This document shows positions 11,700-23,889 of a stretch of 64,000 nucleotides of DNA, in pieces; within the stretch, counting starts at the first letter, position 1, and every line of letters starts with the position of its first letter. Below the pieces are notes generated by a model. It made no database searches and had not been told where the DNA came from. It saw only the letters and a program-made list of their open reading frames with translations. Where the stretch lies: positions 13,578,001 to 13,642,000 of the forward strand of contig NC_087447.1 of the NCBI RefSeq assembly GCF_036321535.1, in the 5' to 3' direction. The position numbers and the translations under genes were made by a program. This DNA is from Camelus dromedarius (lineage: Eukaryota).

Positions 11700-13200
11700 A
11701 GAGCGTAAAAAGGACTACATGAAAACACCTAACTCTCTTTATGGAGAGGAATTCTCAAATCTCTAAAGATATAAACCCTTCCTAAATTAGTCATCCTAAA
11801 TCAAAATGCACTGAAAATAACAGAAATTTTTGTGACTAGCCTGGCTTACTATAAGTTTAATTTGACATCATAAATATGCAAGAACAGACATAATGCTGGA
11901 AAAGAAGAGCAATGAGGGAGTGTTAGGCTTATTATTCTAAATGTATTATAGATGAATTGCAACTATATCATAAATTAAATGGTACATCACTGAAAAGACC
12001 AATGGAACTGAGTCCTGAACTGCATTCAAATATTTATGGAAATTTAGAATACAGTAAAATGAGGGTTTCAAATTAATAGTGAAAGATAATTAAGCAACTA
12101 CAAAAAAAGGTCATTCAGAAAACAATAAAACACAATCCTCTTTAACTATATATGAAAATAAATACCTTACGTACCAAATTTTTGATACGTCAAAATTTTC
12201 ATGTTAAATATAAAACCGCAAAAGTTCTATAAATATTAACTTCTTAAAAATGTAGAATGTTATGGTTAGAGTAAAAAATCTTTTAAGATTGATGCAAAAA
12301 AATAATCAGTGTTCATAAACTGGGCTAGATGAATAACAAAAAAAAATCTACATAGCCAAAAAAAAAATTCCTCATAGCATAAGTCAAAGTCAAATCACAG
12401 GCCAGGAAATTAAGTACATAAACAATGGTTTAAAAAAGATTGTTTTCTTAGTATATAATTCCTCATAAAAATAAGTATGGAAAAGACTTAGAAATCAAAG
12501 AAAATTGGTTAAAAATCAATAAACAAATCAGAGATAAATATATACAACTTTACCTGTGAAAAGATGCTTAAATCAGTTATATTTAGGGAGTTTCAATTAA
12601 AGTTTGAAAGTGAATTATAATTTCTTTAATGAACCATATTATTATATACCCAAAAATATTCACTGGTTGTTGAGAATATGGACAAGCTGACAGTCTCAGA
12701 CTATGGGCAAAAGTGTAGGTACAACTTCATGAATGGCATTTTGGCAATGGCTATGAATATCAACATTTTAAATACATATTCCCTGTTGACCCAAAAATTC
12801 TACTTATAGCAACTGACATTTCTAGGAACACATACTTGAGAAGATATATACTTATTGAATAATTATGTATCATAGAAAAAGATTGAAATGACATGAAAAG
12901 TACTGGGTACATTAATTCAGGAATATTATAAGGGAACATCACATATTATACAAATAACTGAGAATGAGTTAGATCTATATAGACTGGTATGGAAAGATGC
13001 TCAAGATGTTGAATAGTAAAATGTAAGTGTTTACATGCAGGCATATATCCACATACACATATGTAAATATGCTTGTATGTGCAAAGATTGATACTTGAAA
13101 CATCCTAAGAAAGAGGCTTTGCAACAACTGTAGGTAAGAACACTGGGAAACACTAAAAAAGGATGAAAAAGAAGTTTGGTTCGGTTTGGTTTTACAGGAT
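11700..13200 (+). mobile_element. Ancient L1ME-like fragment (ORF2 3' part and 3'UTR)
   Basis: aaaagaagagcaatgagggag...gaccaatggaactgagtcc...tatggaaatttagaat; 3' part aatgagttagatctatatagactggtatggaaagatgctc is typical of L1ME. Confidence 0.6.
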
Positions 13201-13883
13201 GTTTTACTAAGCTTTCAAGGCATAAATGATCCCAATTTTATGTGAATACTTTCTCAATTCAGTTTGTAACTTGCCTTTTTGCTTTCTTTCAGAAGTTTTT
13301 GTTGAACGAAGGTTCTTACTATGGTCAAATTTATCATTCTTGTCTTCTTACTTGCACCATTTCATATGGTTTCTATTTTTATATTCATTATTATTGTGTT
13401 TTCTTTTTATTTTAAACAGAAGTGTCATATTAAATATTTTATATATTATGCAACTGAAACTGAATACAGAGGACATTATATATATAATTAAATATTTTCA
13501 CTAGTAAAATTAAAAGAATGGACAAAATAAAAAGAACCTAACTAAAAAGATAAGACTAAGTCTCAGGAAAATACTTAAACATAAATACATTAATTGATTA
13601 CAAATCACCAAAACTGTAAAAATTTCATATATTATATATTTTTATCAACTCCCCCTTTATATGTATTACACCTTTCTAGGCAAAGAGATACACAAGACAC
13701 TACATAGAGAGTTGACATTATAGTAGAGAAATATGTTAATAACCCAATCACACAGATAATTACTTATTATAATTATGATAAATGCTTTAAAGGATAGAGA
13801 TAGGTGCATCAGTTTTGAGACTTTTGGTTTCCAAGGAGATAAGCCGTCACATCATATGGCCCTCTTCACAGTGAATGTCAAAT

Positions 13884-14813
13884 TTATTTACTATGAGATA
13901 CAATGTTTCTTCTCCAGAGCTTCTTCATGGCATTAGTCATCTCTGAATTTCTCAGACTGTAGATTAGCGGGTTCAGCATGGGGGTGATGACTGTATAAAA
14001 TACACTCAATGATTTATCAATAGGAAAGGTCCTAGCAGGTCTTGCATACATGAAAATACAAGGGACAAAGAAGCAGACAACCACAGTGATGTGGGAACCA
14101 CAGGTCTGGAGGGCTTTCCACCTCCCTTCCTGACTCAGGTTCTTTAGAGAGCGCAAGATGACTCCATAAGAGATGAGTAAGAGCAGAAACACAATAGTGC
14201 AGATCAGTCCTCCATTGGCCACCACTAAGATGCCAATGACATAGGTGTCAGTGCAGATGAGTTTCAGTAGGGGGTACATGTCACAGATAAAGTGATCAAT
14301 GACATTGGGGCCACAGAACGGGAGCCCATAAATAGTGCTAAGTTGAACCACTGAATGCAGAAAACCTCCAACAAAGGACACCAGCAGCAGCACAACACAC
14401 ACCCTTTGCTTCATGATAATCAAATAATGCAAGGGCTTACAGATGGCCACGTAGCGGTCATAGGCCATCACCAGCAGAAGGAAGACCTCTGACCCCCCAA
14501 AAAAGTGTTCTGTAAAAAGCTGAGCCATACAAAATTTGAAAGATACTGTATTTTCCCCAAAGAACAGATCTGAAATCAATTTTGGGGAAATGACTGAAGA
14601 ATAAATGGCATCCATAAGTGACAAGCTAGCAAGAAAAAAGTACATTGGTGAGCCCAGAGTCTTACTGAAAGCGACAGTCACAACAATGAGCAGGTTGCCC
14701 ACCGAGGTCAAAATGTAGAAGAGCAAAAACATGACAGAAAGGACTTTCTGTTCATTTGGATTCTGTGTGAGGCCCAAGAGGACAAAGTGAGTCACATTGT
14801 TCCTTGGTTCCAT
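13884..14813 (-). CDS. OR4A47: Olfactory receptor, OR4A47-like (309 aa, intact)
   Basis: [25 protein letters not shown]..., [44 protein letters not shown] closely match my recollection of human OR4A47. Acceptor ttttatag| with exon start at 14858. Orthology not computed. Confidence 0.9.
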   Translation of the reverse strand: MEPRNNVTHFVLLGLTQNPNEQKVLSVMFLLFYILTSVGNLLIVVTVAFSKTLGSPMYFFLASLSLMDAIYSSVISPKLISDLFFGENTVSFKFCMAQLFTEHFFGGSEVFLLLVMAYDRYVAICKPLHYLIIMKQRVCVVLLLVSFVGGFLHSVVQLSTIYGLPFCGPNVIDHFICDMYPLLKLICTDTYVIGILVVANGGLICTIVFLLLLISYGVILRSLKNLSQEGRWKALQTCGSHITVVVCFFVPCIFMYARPARTFPIDKSLSVFYTVITPMLNPLIYSLRNSEMTNAMKKLWRRNIVSHSK

Positions 14814-15297
14814 CTATTCGTTTATAAGTACTGATTTCAGATGTTAGAAATAGTTTACCTATAAAACAAGGGAAAATATTTTAGCTTAGTATTTTCTTTA
14901 TTCATTCAATCAAAAATGCGTATGAAAATTCTGTTATATCACACAACCTTCCATGGAAATTGAATGTTGAATAAGATTGTTTCCATACTCTCAGTGATTT
15001 GACATATAATGATGGGATCATACAATTTAAGATCAATTTAATAAGTACCATTGTAATTATATTTAAATAGTGCTAAGGAACATCTAAATCAAAGTGGGAT
15101 CAGGCAATGCTTCCCAGAGAAAGCAATGCGTTAGTTGAATTTAGAGAACTGAGAAAACAAAAGAGAGTATGAAGGGAGTAACATGAAAAGGTGCACCATG
15201 TGTAAAGTCACAAAAGTGTGATACTGAAGAGTCACTTAAAATAATCTACATATTCAAAGTCAGTAGAACAAATCTGAATGTAAGACTAGAGGTCACT

Positions 15298-16075
15298 GTA
15301 TTAGTTGCTAGGGCTGCTTCTTTAGAACAACAATCACCCCTCTTCCAGTTTCCAGTAACGTGTCCTTCATTCCATTTGAGACCTCAATCTGAACATCATA
15401 TTTCTAGCAACATTCTGTTCATGATGATATATATGTATTTATTCTCTCAGATGATAGATGCTTTCTCTACAGCCATACTTGTTCCCTTCTGGGTCCTCAC
15501 CAAGATCACCTTTTATTGTTCATATTTCTACAAACAGCCTTTTAAAGGCAGTTTAGGCTCTTTCTATCACACACCTCAAAACTCTCTCAGCATCTACCCA
15601 CTACCCAATCCCAAAGCCACTTGCACATTTTTTGGTATTCATTGCAGCAACACCCCCCTTCTCGGTATCCAAATCTTTATTAATTTGCCAGAGCTTCTAT
15701 AACAAAGTAGCACAATTGGGTGGATTAAACAATAGAATTTTATTATCACACTACTCTCAATGTTGGAAATTAAAAATCAAGGTGTTAACAGTGTTGATTG
15801 TTTTTAAAGACTGTGAGGAAAGGAGCTGTTCGATGCCTCCTTCCTTGGCTTAAAGATAGCCATATTTAAGTTCTCGTGATGTTCTCCAGATAAATGTGTC
15901 TGCATCCACATCCTTCTCTTAATAAGAAAGTCAATCACATTGGAGCAAGATTTACTCTATTTTAACTCAATTACCTTTGTAAAGAACCTATCTCCAAATA
16001 AGGTCACATTCTGAAGTTTGAGGATAAGGACACCAGCATATGAATTTTAAGAGGACACAATGGAACCATAATTAT
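15298..16075. mobile_element. ERVL-MaLR (MLT1-type) LTR plus internal fragment
   Basis: tgtattagttgctagggctgc start, MLT1 strings (aacaaagtagcacaattgggtggattaaacaatagaa; ctatctccaaataaggtcacattctgaag) and the int/LTR junction cagcaacacccccc...gtatccaaat. Confidence 0.75.
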
Positions 16076-18308
16076 GTCTTCTGACATATCATATAACCCA
16101 TAACAATCACTCTCCTGGATATCCTGAGGACATACTAAAACCTCCTTTGTAGTTAGTGCCTTTACTTGGAGCCTCTTCTTTTTTGTAAACCGTAAATGCT
16201 AAAGCACTCTAAAATTGTGCATTCAGTCCCTATCTCTCCCGTAATTTTTAAACTTGAATATGCAACTATCTAACTGATATCTCCAATTAAATATCAACTT
16301 GGTATTTATAAAACTAAATATTTAATTTTCCACAATAAGCTTAATCCTTCCTAGATATTCCCTAATTAAATGGTACCACCTTACATATTATTGTACAGAA
16401 TTTGTATCTGACAGTATCCGTCACTCCTTTATTCCTCTTGCATTATTTATTGAACATTTTAATAAGTCCTATTGACTCTCCCTTTAAAACATATTGCAAA
16501 TTTGGTCATTAAACCTCCCTTGTCTATCACAGTAGCCTCCTGCAAGTTCTTCCTGTTTTGGTTCTGGCCTTCAACAATCTATTCTCATGAAGCAACCCAA
16601 GTGATCTTCTCTAAATCTTACTCAAATTATATTATTCCCCTGTTGAAAATCTCTACAGTAGATTTCTATCACAGTCAGTAAAATCCAATTCCCTGGTATA
16701 CTTTGGCTTAAGAGACCCTAGATGTCTTAGAAGCTGGCCGCCACCCCAAACTGCCTCCCTAAACCCATACCCGTGTAAACTTATGTCTTATAATTCTCCA
16801 TGTTCATTCTGCTGAGAACTTTATACTAATCCTCAAATATTCAAAGTGCTTTTCCTTCTCTTTAGTTCCATTAATTCTTTTGTAGATGCTGATTTCAGAG
16901 ATAGAAAGCACATTACATTTAAAATAATGGGAAGTGTTGTAGAACAGTATATTGAAAGTTTAATCTTCACTTATTTATTCAGTTGACAAATGTTTATCAA
17001 ATACTTAACATTGTGGCACACCTTTTAGATAACATAGGCTCCCAGACATCTCAGCATGTCCACTGGTCCATTAGCAGTCAAGGTCTTTGCTGGGAGTGAC
17101 ACCATCAGAGGACAGAAAGTTGGTGGTGACGGAGGAAGCATCTTTTCACATCACTCTCTTACTTTTCCAGATAAGTAACCACTTGAGGTTGTAAAATGGC
17201 TGCTGATGTCATTTAATTTTTTTAATCTATTCACAACAAAAATCACATAAGTCCTGATCTTGTTCCATTTATTAATCAATGATATTGAACTTCCCTGAAG
17301 AAGTTTCCATTTAGCTAATCGACTATCACGTCTGATTATATATGCCTCTTCCTACTCAAGACACTTAAGTTTATTTGCCCTGAAAGCCAAAAATCCTTAT
17401 GATACAAGGTTTCACATAAATCTTATATTAATATATACACAGAAACAGTTTTATGTTACTCAATGTCTATAAAATTAATTTTTTAGAAAATACATATCTC
17501 TCTTCTTAAAAAAGATATTTCAAAACTAGTAAATTATATTTTTATAAATCTAACTGTAATACCTTAAATAACTGGCAGTCACCACGCTGGGTCATAATTT
17601 ACATATTTATAAAATGAGATTATGATAGATAATGAGTTTTTGTGAGTATCTACTGGGCTAAAATATATAAATATATGTAACACAGTTCTTGGACCAACAT
17701 GGATAATCAATCTTCATTTTTTTACAAAATATCAGAGGCTTCAAATTAAGCATATCAGCATGAATCACAAGGTTATAACCCTCTGAAATGCAAAATAGCA
17801 TGGTGAGAAAACAAATATTTGTATTCTGTTATTTCCATTGAAATAGACCAAAAAATTTTATTGAAAGGAAATACTAACATTATAAGAACATCTATAATTT
17901 CATTTTCTATGAAAAATTATGTTCAGATGTTATTCTTTTGCATAAATACATGTTATATATACACAATCAGAAATATATGTGCATACATATACACATAAAT
18001 ATATATAAAATTATATTTAATGTATCACAATTTATGTTCACAATAGCAAGATTTATTATCTCCATTTTATAGTTGAAAAACTGAGGCTCATAATATAAAA
18101 TGAATTTTCCCAAAGTTACCTGTTTTTAAGTGACAGACCTGGAATTGGAATCTAAGTTTGATTTACTTAAAAGTCTCTTCATGGCCAGAAGTTTTTTAAA
18201 CTTATCAGTTCTTATAAACTCAAGTGATATCATTTCCTATGTACTATAATAAAGAAATTTACACAACTGCAAAGCCTGGTTTCCACTATTAACTATTAAA
18301 AGTCTTAC

Positions 18309-18560
18309 CTTTTGGAAACTTTCTCACAATTTGAAAGAGGAATTTTTTCTCACTCATAAAGATCTGGAAATCTCTCTTCCATCCACTGTCCCCACAGAGG
18401 GCAAAAAGCTGCATTATTATTTGAGGGTATATTTTATTTCATATGCTTATGTCTGTCCATTTTCTCCACAGTCTTCTCAATATTCCAGAAAATTATTGCT
18501 TGCATTGTAGCTCTATTTCAAAGGAATCATGATACAAGAAAAACTAAAAATTTCTCATTA
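18309..18560 (-). promoter_or_regulatory. Putative 5' non-coding exon and donor of the OR4A47-like gene
   Basis: Minus-strand donor AAAG|GTAAGA (tcttac at 18303-18308); homologous to 60-320(+) upstream of the other OR4A gene. Confidence 0.6.
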
Positions 18561-19454
18561 GAAAAATTTATCAGAAATGAAAAGAAAAAATCTTACATCT
18601 GCATATGAAGACAGCAACTAGCCATTTTTCCAGGAAACTTTTTATCTAGTCAATTCTTTGACAGCAACATCAATAAAGAATAGTTACCATTCAGATGTTT
18701 AGCCTATCTCATTTTATTGTACCAGTATGGCCAAATATTAGTACTTGAGATTCAGAGAGGGCATTCTTGTGCTTCTTTTATATCATGATTTTAGCCTAGT
18801 AAAGCATCTCCTGAAATTATTATATTAGTTCTTAGGAAGACCGCATCTCCTACCTAACACAAGAGAAGAGCATTAAAGTTTTATACCTTGTGATGATGTG
18901 AATCAAGGAGTCCTGCAGTTGGAATGTGTCCAAAACTGACTGTTGCTTAATTAAATTCACTGGGATTTTCCACCAAATTTTAAAAGAATACCTATATTTT
19001 TTTTTTTAAAAAATGCCTGTTAGACCAATCACGTAACTAGGGTTAAGAAGGATGTAACAAGGGGGAAAACATAGCCTCAGGACCTTAATGGAACTACTGT
19101 CAGCTGAAAATATATACCAGCCCTGCCATTTTTTTTCAGAGAAAATGAGTTTGCCATTTATTTCTCCCATAGCAAGACATTTTTTCCTTTTATCTAATAC
19201 TGAAAAGTTTTTTCTGTATAAGTGAAGTTGAATATGTAACAATTTTATCTCTAATGTAGCTATAATAACTAATTATTTATCAAATAACTTATTATTTTTT
19301 AAAATGTTTGAGCATCTATTTTGTTCCAGGTTCCATGCTATGAACGATGGATATCATAGTTATTAAAATAGAAAAAAATCAGGATAAAAACTCTGCTTGC
19401 ATTGACATTATACTCTCATAGTAGAGTCAGACAAGAAAAAATGGAACCACTTAG

Positions 19455-19915
19455 TAAGGTAATTATAGTTAGAGGCTTCAAAAATCCACTGTCAGAAATG
19501 GACAAATCTAGAAGACACAAAATCAGTTAAGGACAGAGCTAAACTCAACAGCAATGTCAATCTACTGTATATAATTGACATCTATAGACTACTTCCTTCA
19601 ACAGCAGCAGAATGCACATTCTTCCAAACTCACATGGAATATTCACCAAGCTAGACCACATTCTGGGCCATAAAACACACCTTAACAAATTTTAAAGAAT
19701 AGAAATTGTACAATGTTTTCTCTCAGACTACAATGGAATTAAATTAGAAATCAATTATAGGAAGATAGCTGAGAAATACCAAAACATTTGAGGAATAAAT
19801 AAAACAATTCTAAATGACATGGGGTCAGGGAATAAACCTCAAGAAAAATTTTTAAATATTTTAAACTCAATGAAAGTGAAAACAAAACTTATCAAAATTT
19901 GTAGGATACAGTGAA
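19455..19915 (+). mobile_element. L1M ORF2 endonuclease-region fragment
   Basis: cagcagaatgcacattcttc...tcacatggaatattcaccaagctagaccacattctgggccataaa...gactacaatggaattaaattagaaatc. Confidence 0.85.
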
Positions 19916-19924
19916 AAGTAGAGA

Positions 19925-20400
19925 TGATGGCCTTTTATTCATTAAATAGTTGTTAAGCATTTACTCTGTTCCAAGTCTATTCTCTGTACTTGGAAATGCG
20001 GTGGTGAACAAAACAGACACTGCCTCTACCACATAGAATTTATGTTCTAATTAGAAGAGACAGAGAATAAACAAGCAAATTGGATAATCAGATAATGAAG
20101 ATACTTAAAGAAAATGTAACAGAGTGATGTGATTGAGAGTAATTCAAGGAGATAGAGAATGGCTTCACTTCGGTGGTTAAAGAAGACAGTGGGGATAATG
20201 GCCCAGCCATAGGAAGGTCTAGAGGAAGAGTATTTGGGGAATAAAGAAGAACTAGTTCAAAGGCTCGTGGGCAAAAAGGAGGGCATTGCAACTGGAGTTA
20301 GTGAACATGAGAAGGAATGATGTAAGATAATTCAAGAAGGCACATGTTTGAGAAGGGGTACAACTGGGCAGAGCCTGATAAGCCAAGAAAAGGCCAATTA
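19925..20400 (-). mobile_element. L2 3' fragment
   Basis: ttattcattaaatagttgttaagcatttactctgttcc...gtggtgaacaaaacagac is the characteristic L2 3' end in reverse. Confidence 0.65.
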
Positions 20401-21054
20401 TAATTTCATGTAAATTTAGTTAAACAGATAGCTTTCTCTCTACTGATCAGTTTAGCTTAGTTCCTCTAATGAATGCTTTTACCTGAGAAAAAAATTGTAG
20501 AAATTAAAATCTAAAAAGCCACAAAGAGGCAAAGTGGAGGTCAATGCTGTCGACTACACCAGAGTCCACCAAAGAGAGCAACCTGCCAGGAAGCAAATGC
20601 AAGCTCCAAGGAAAGAGGATTGCTTGAGTAGACATGTTTTATTTTGCTTTGTCCTGATTTTAATCGGAGCTTAATCACTTGTAAGTTTAAGGTTGCTTGG
20701 TGATCTTTGAGTTATAAAGAAGAGAGTCGTTAATGGTACTCATCCAAGTCAGATAAAAACCCCCTTCCCCTGTATGAGAACTCCCCTCTGGTGAGTTTAC
20801 TCATAACCTTTAGCTCAGTGTCTCCTTTCCTGGACATAGTTAAGTAAATGCTGTAAATTCGTGCTCTTGGGTCTTCCTTGAGCACATAATCTAGAGTGGC
20901 CCCCTGCCATCTAAGTCACCACCACATCACACCTTTCACTTTTTTCAGCACTTTTTTCTCTCGGTGTGGCTTGTTTATATGTTTACTGATTGGTTGCCTG
21001 TCTCCCTCCACTAGAAAGTGCTACGTGGTATGTGTCATTTTAAGACGTGTGCTG

Positions 21055-21250
21055 ATACTGTAGTGTTTAAGAGTGCAAGTTCTAAAGCCAAACTACGTGG
21101 GTTCAAGTCCCACCCCAGGCATTTTCTAGTTCTGTGACCTCTGGTAAATTATTTACATTTTCCAAGCTTCAGTTAATTCTTCTGGAAAGCATGAGTAACA
21201 TTATCTATTTCGTAAGGTTCTTATAGGGATTAAATAATAACTTGCTTTTG
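21055..21250. mobile_element. MIR SINE
   Basis: gtagtgtttaagagtgcaagttctaaagccaaactacgtgggttcaagtccc...ctgtgacctctggtaaattattta...agggattaaataa. Confidence 0.7.
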
Positions 21251-22594
21251 TAGCACCAGCGAAGTTGTAATAAGTGGCAACAGTTCTAATACAATTACCA
21301 AGTATTGTACTGCAGATTTATTCTTATTTGTCATAAAAATTTTATCAAATGTTGGGGGGCTTCCTGAACCTGATTTTAACTTTGGAGGCATTCACATTTT
21401 TAAGGTGAATTGTTTAGAGAGTGAATCTCATTCATCTTGTATTAATTTGGGGGCGTTACTCTCCGACTTCTGAAAATTCCTCATGACCTCCTACTATAAT
21501 AGTTATGTAGGGGTGAGTAACAAGTATATATTATAGAGTTTTTTTAAGTCAGAGAGAATGGAATGCTGATGGAGAAATGAGGGAAGCAGCAAAGACAGGG
21601 ACATTTGTTGAAAACCCACTGAGTAACAAGCACTGTCCTGGATACTTTCCATACAATGTCTCATCTGGTGCTTAAAACAACCCTATGAAATAGGGGCTAC
21701 TATTTCACCGTACATATGAGCTAAGATTAATATAAGATCTTGAGACCTTATGAAATACATCCAATGTTACATAACGTAATGAGGTAGAATTTAATACCAG
21801 TTCTGTTAGTTCCAGGGAAAACTTATCTGACACAGTATTGGTCATACAGGGAGCTGCCTTTTTCACCCAAGGCACCAAGGCAAGATCCACAGAGGTCCTG
21901 ACCCAGACAGAATGAAGCTCTTGCTAGTTCCAGAAAAGATATAAACCAAAATAATTGGTAATAAAAGATCTACAAGGATTATTTATTTAATCCTGATAAT
22001 ATCTCTATTATTCCCCTTTAACTCAAACTTAAAGAGGCATGGTTTGCCAAAGCTCACACTCTAATGACAAAACTAAGTTTGGATCTCAGAACTATCTTAC
22101 TCAGTGACTATTCTCTTAACTACTATTATATATTAAACTCTACCACCCATTCCTCCAAAATATACATATAATAATAATACATAAAGCCTCTTTCACACCG
22201 TAAATTCATGAAAAAAAATGTTCTCAATATGAATGACTAGGTGATATTATAATAATAATGAATTTTAGTGCAAATAATTCAACAAGAATAGATGATAGAT
22301 CTTCCCCTTGGAAGTACAGAAAGAAAAAAAGAGACCAGATGGAGCAAAAGATTAAAAAGTATAGAAAGAGAAGATGGAGAATAAATACCAAAAACATCTT
22401 TATTTTCCCAGAATACTATAATTTTGTTTTGTAATTGCAAAGGTAGTAAGCTTGCATTGCATGATTTATGAAGAAATGAGAGTTTCATGATTCTCATAGC
22501 ATCTGCTATGCAAGATAATCCCTAGGAAATGCCTTAATAAGGTGATCCATTCGTAGGCTGAGGACACAAACGTAATCTGTAGCACTGTTATTCA

Positions 22595-22770
22595 AAGCGT
22601 CTGCATAAATCACCTGCTTAGAAACATCTTGATAATTTGTTTAGAATGCAGAGATGCCAATCCAGTAACAGTCCTGTTGAATTAGAATCTCTAGAGCTGT
22701 ATCCTGGGAATGTGCATTTTAACAAGAATTCCAAATAATTCTGAAAGTACACCAAAGTCTGACAACTAAA
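22595..22770. mobile_element. MER5A-like hAT-Charlie fragment
   Basis: gaattagaatctctagagctgtatcctgggaatgtgcattttaacaagaattcc. Confidence 0.65.
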
Positions 22771-22977
22771 ATGGCACTCAGTAAATCTAAATGGTATATT
22801 TTTAAATAATAAGTAATTTTCTGCCTGGGATTTTCTCAAAGGGCTTGTATGCCAACATCAACATACTTTTACATATAGTGTTCACTTGTCCCTGAACCAT
22901 AGAAATTATGTGGTTTTCTCTTTGCCATTTAAAAAACAAAGTCATTGTATACTGCTGTGATTATTTCTCTGTTGAAG

Positions 22978-23889
22978 TCACCTTTTGATCCAGAGCTTCT
23001 TCACAGCGTTTTTCACCTCTGCGTTTCGGAGGGTGTAGATTAAAGGGTTTAACATGGGAGTTATCATGGTATAAAACACAGCCACAGCTTTATCAATGGA
23101 AAAGGTGATCGCTGGACGCAGGTACACAAATACGCAAGGCACAAAGAATAGAATGACCACGGTGATGTGGGAGACACAGGTGGAGAGGGCTTTGCGTCTC
23201 CCCTCCAAGCTATAGGCCCTTAGGGAGTGTAAGATGACCACATAGGAGACCATCAAAAGGAGGAAGTTTAACAAGCGGATGAACCCACTATTGGCAGCAA
23301 CAAAAAGACCAAGGGTATGAGTGTCCATGCAAACGAGTTTCAACAAAGGGTTCAAGTCGCACATGAAGTGATCTATGACATTGGGGCCACAGAAGGGCAG
23401 CCAGACTGTGAAGAGGATCTGAATGGTCACGTGGACAAAGGCTCCAGCCCAGGCCACTCCCACAAGAAGGCTGCACACCTATCGACTCATGATGGTCGTG
23501 TAGTGCAGGGGTTTGCAGATGGCCACATAGTGGTCATAGGCCATGACCGTGAGAAGGATGATCTCAGCAGCACCAAAAAGATGCTCAGCGAAGACTTGAG
23601 TCATGCATCCCCTAAAACAGATGTTTTTTCTCACAGTGAGGGTATCAGCTAGCATTTTAGGGGCCACGGAGGAAGAAGAGCAGCCGTCTATCAGGGATAG
23701 GTAAGACAGGAAGAAGAACATGGGGCAGCCCAGGGCCCTGCTGGTGCTGACGGTGATCATGATGAGCAGGTTGCCTGCCAAGGTGACCAAGTAGACCATT
23801 AAGAACACAACAAAGGAAAATTTCTGAAGCTCCACATTTTGAGTCAGGCCCAGGAGGATGAATTCTGTCACGTTATTCATCCTTTCCAT
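22978..23889 (-). pseudogene. OR4C-type olfactory receptor pseudogene with one in-frame nonsense codon
   Basis: The two ORF-track pieces are in the same frame: ...ATG AGT CGA TAG GTG TGC... (TAG at 23481-23479). True start is ATG 23889 (MERMNNVTEF). Motif decay includes DRY>DHY, PMY>PMF and GFIC>GFIR. Acceptor tcttttcag| with exon start at 23918. Confidence 0.92.

Noticed and set aside
14370-14380. TM4 Trp replaced by Phe (VSFVGG) in the OR4A47-like protein
   Set aside because: A single conservative aromatic change in an otherwise canonical ORF is not enough to infer altered function.
22978-22990. C-terminal 1-nt deletion as a second inactivating lesion
   Set aside because: The 11 kb paralog shares the same spacing, so it is ancestral to the clade and is reported as a separate finding.
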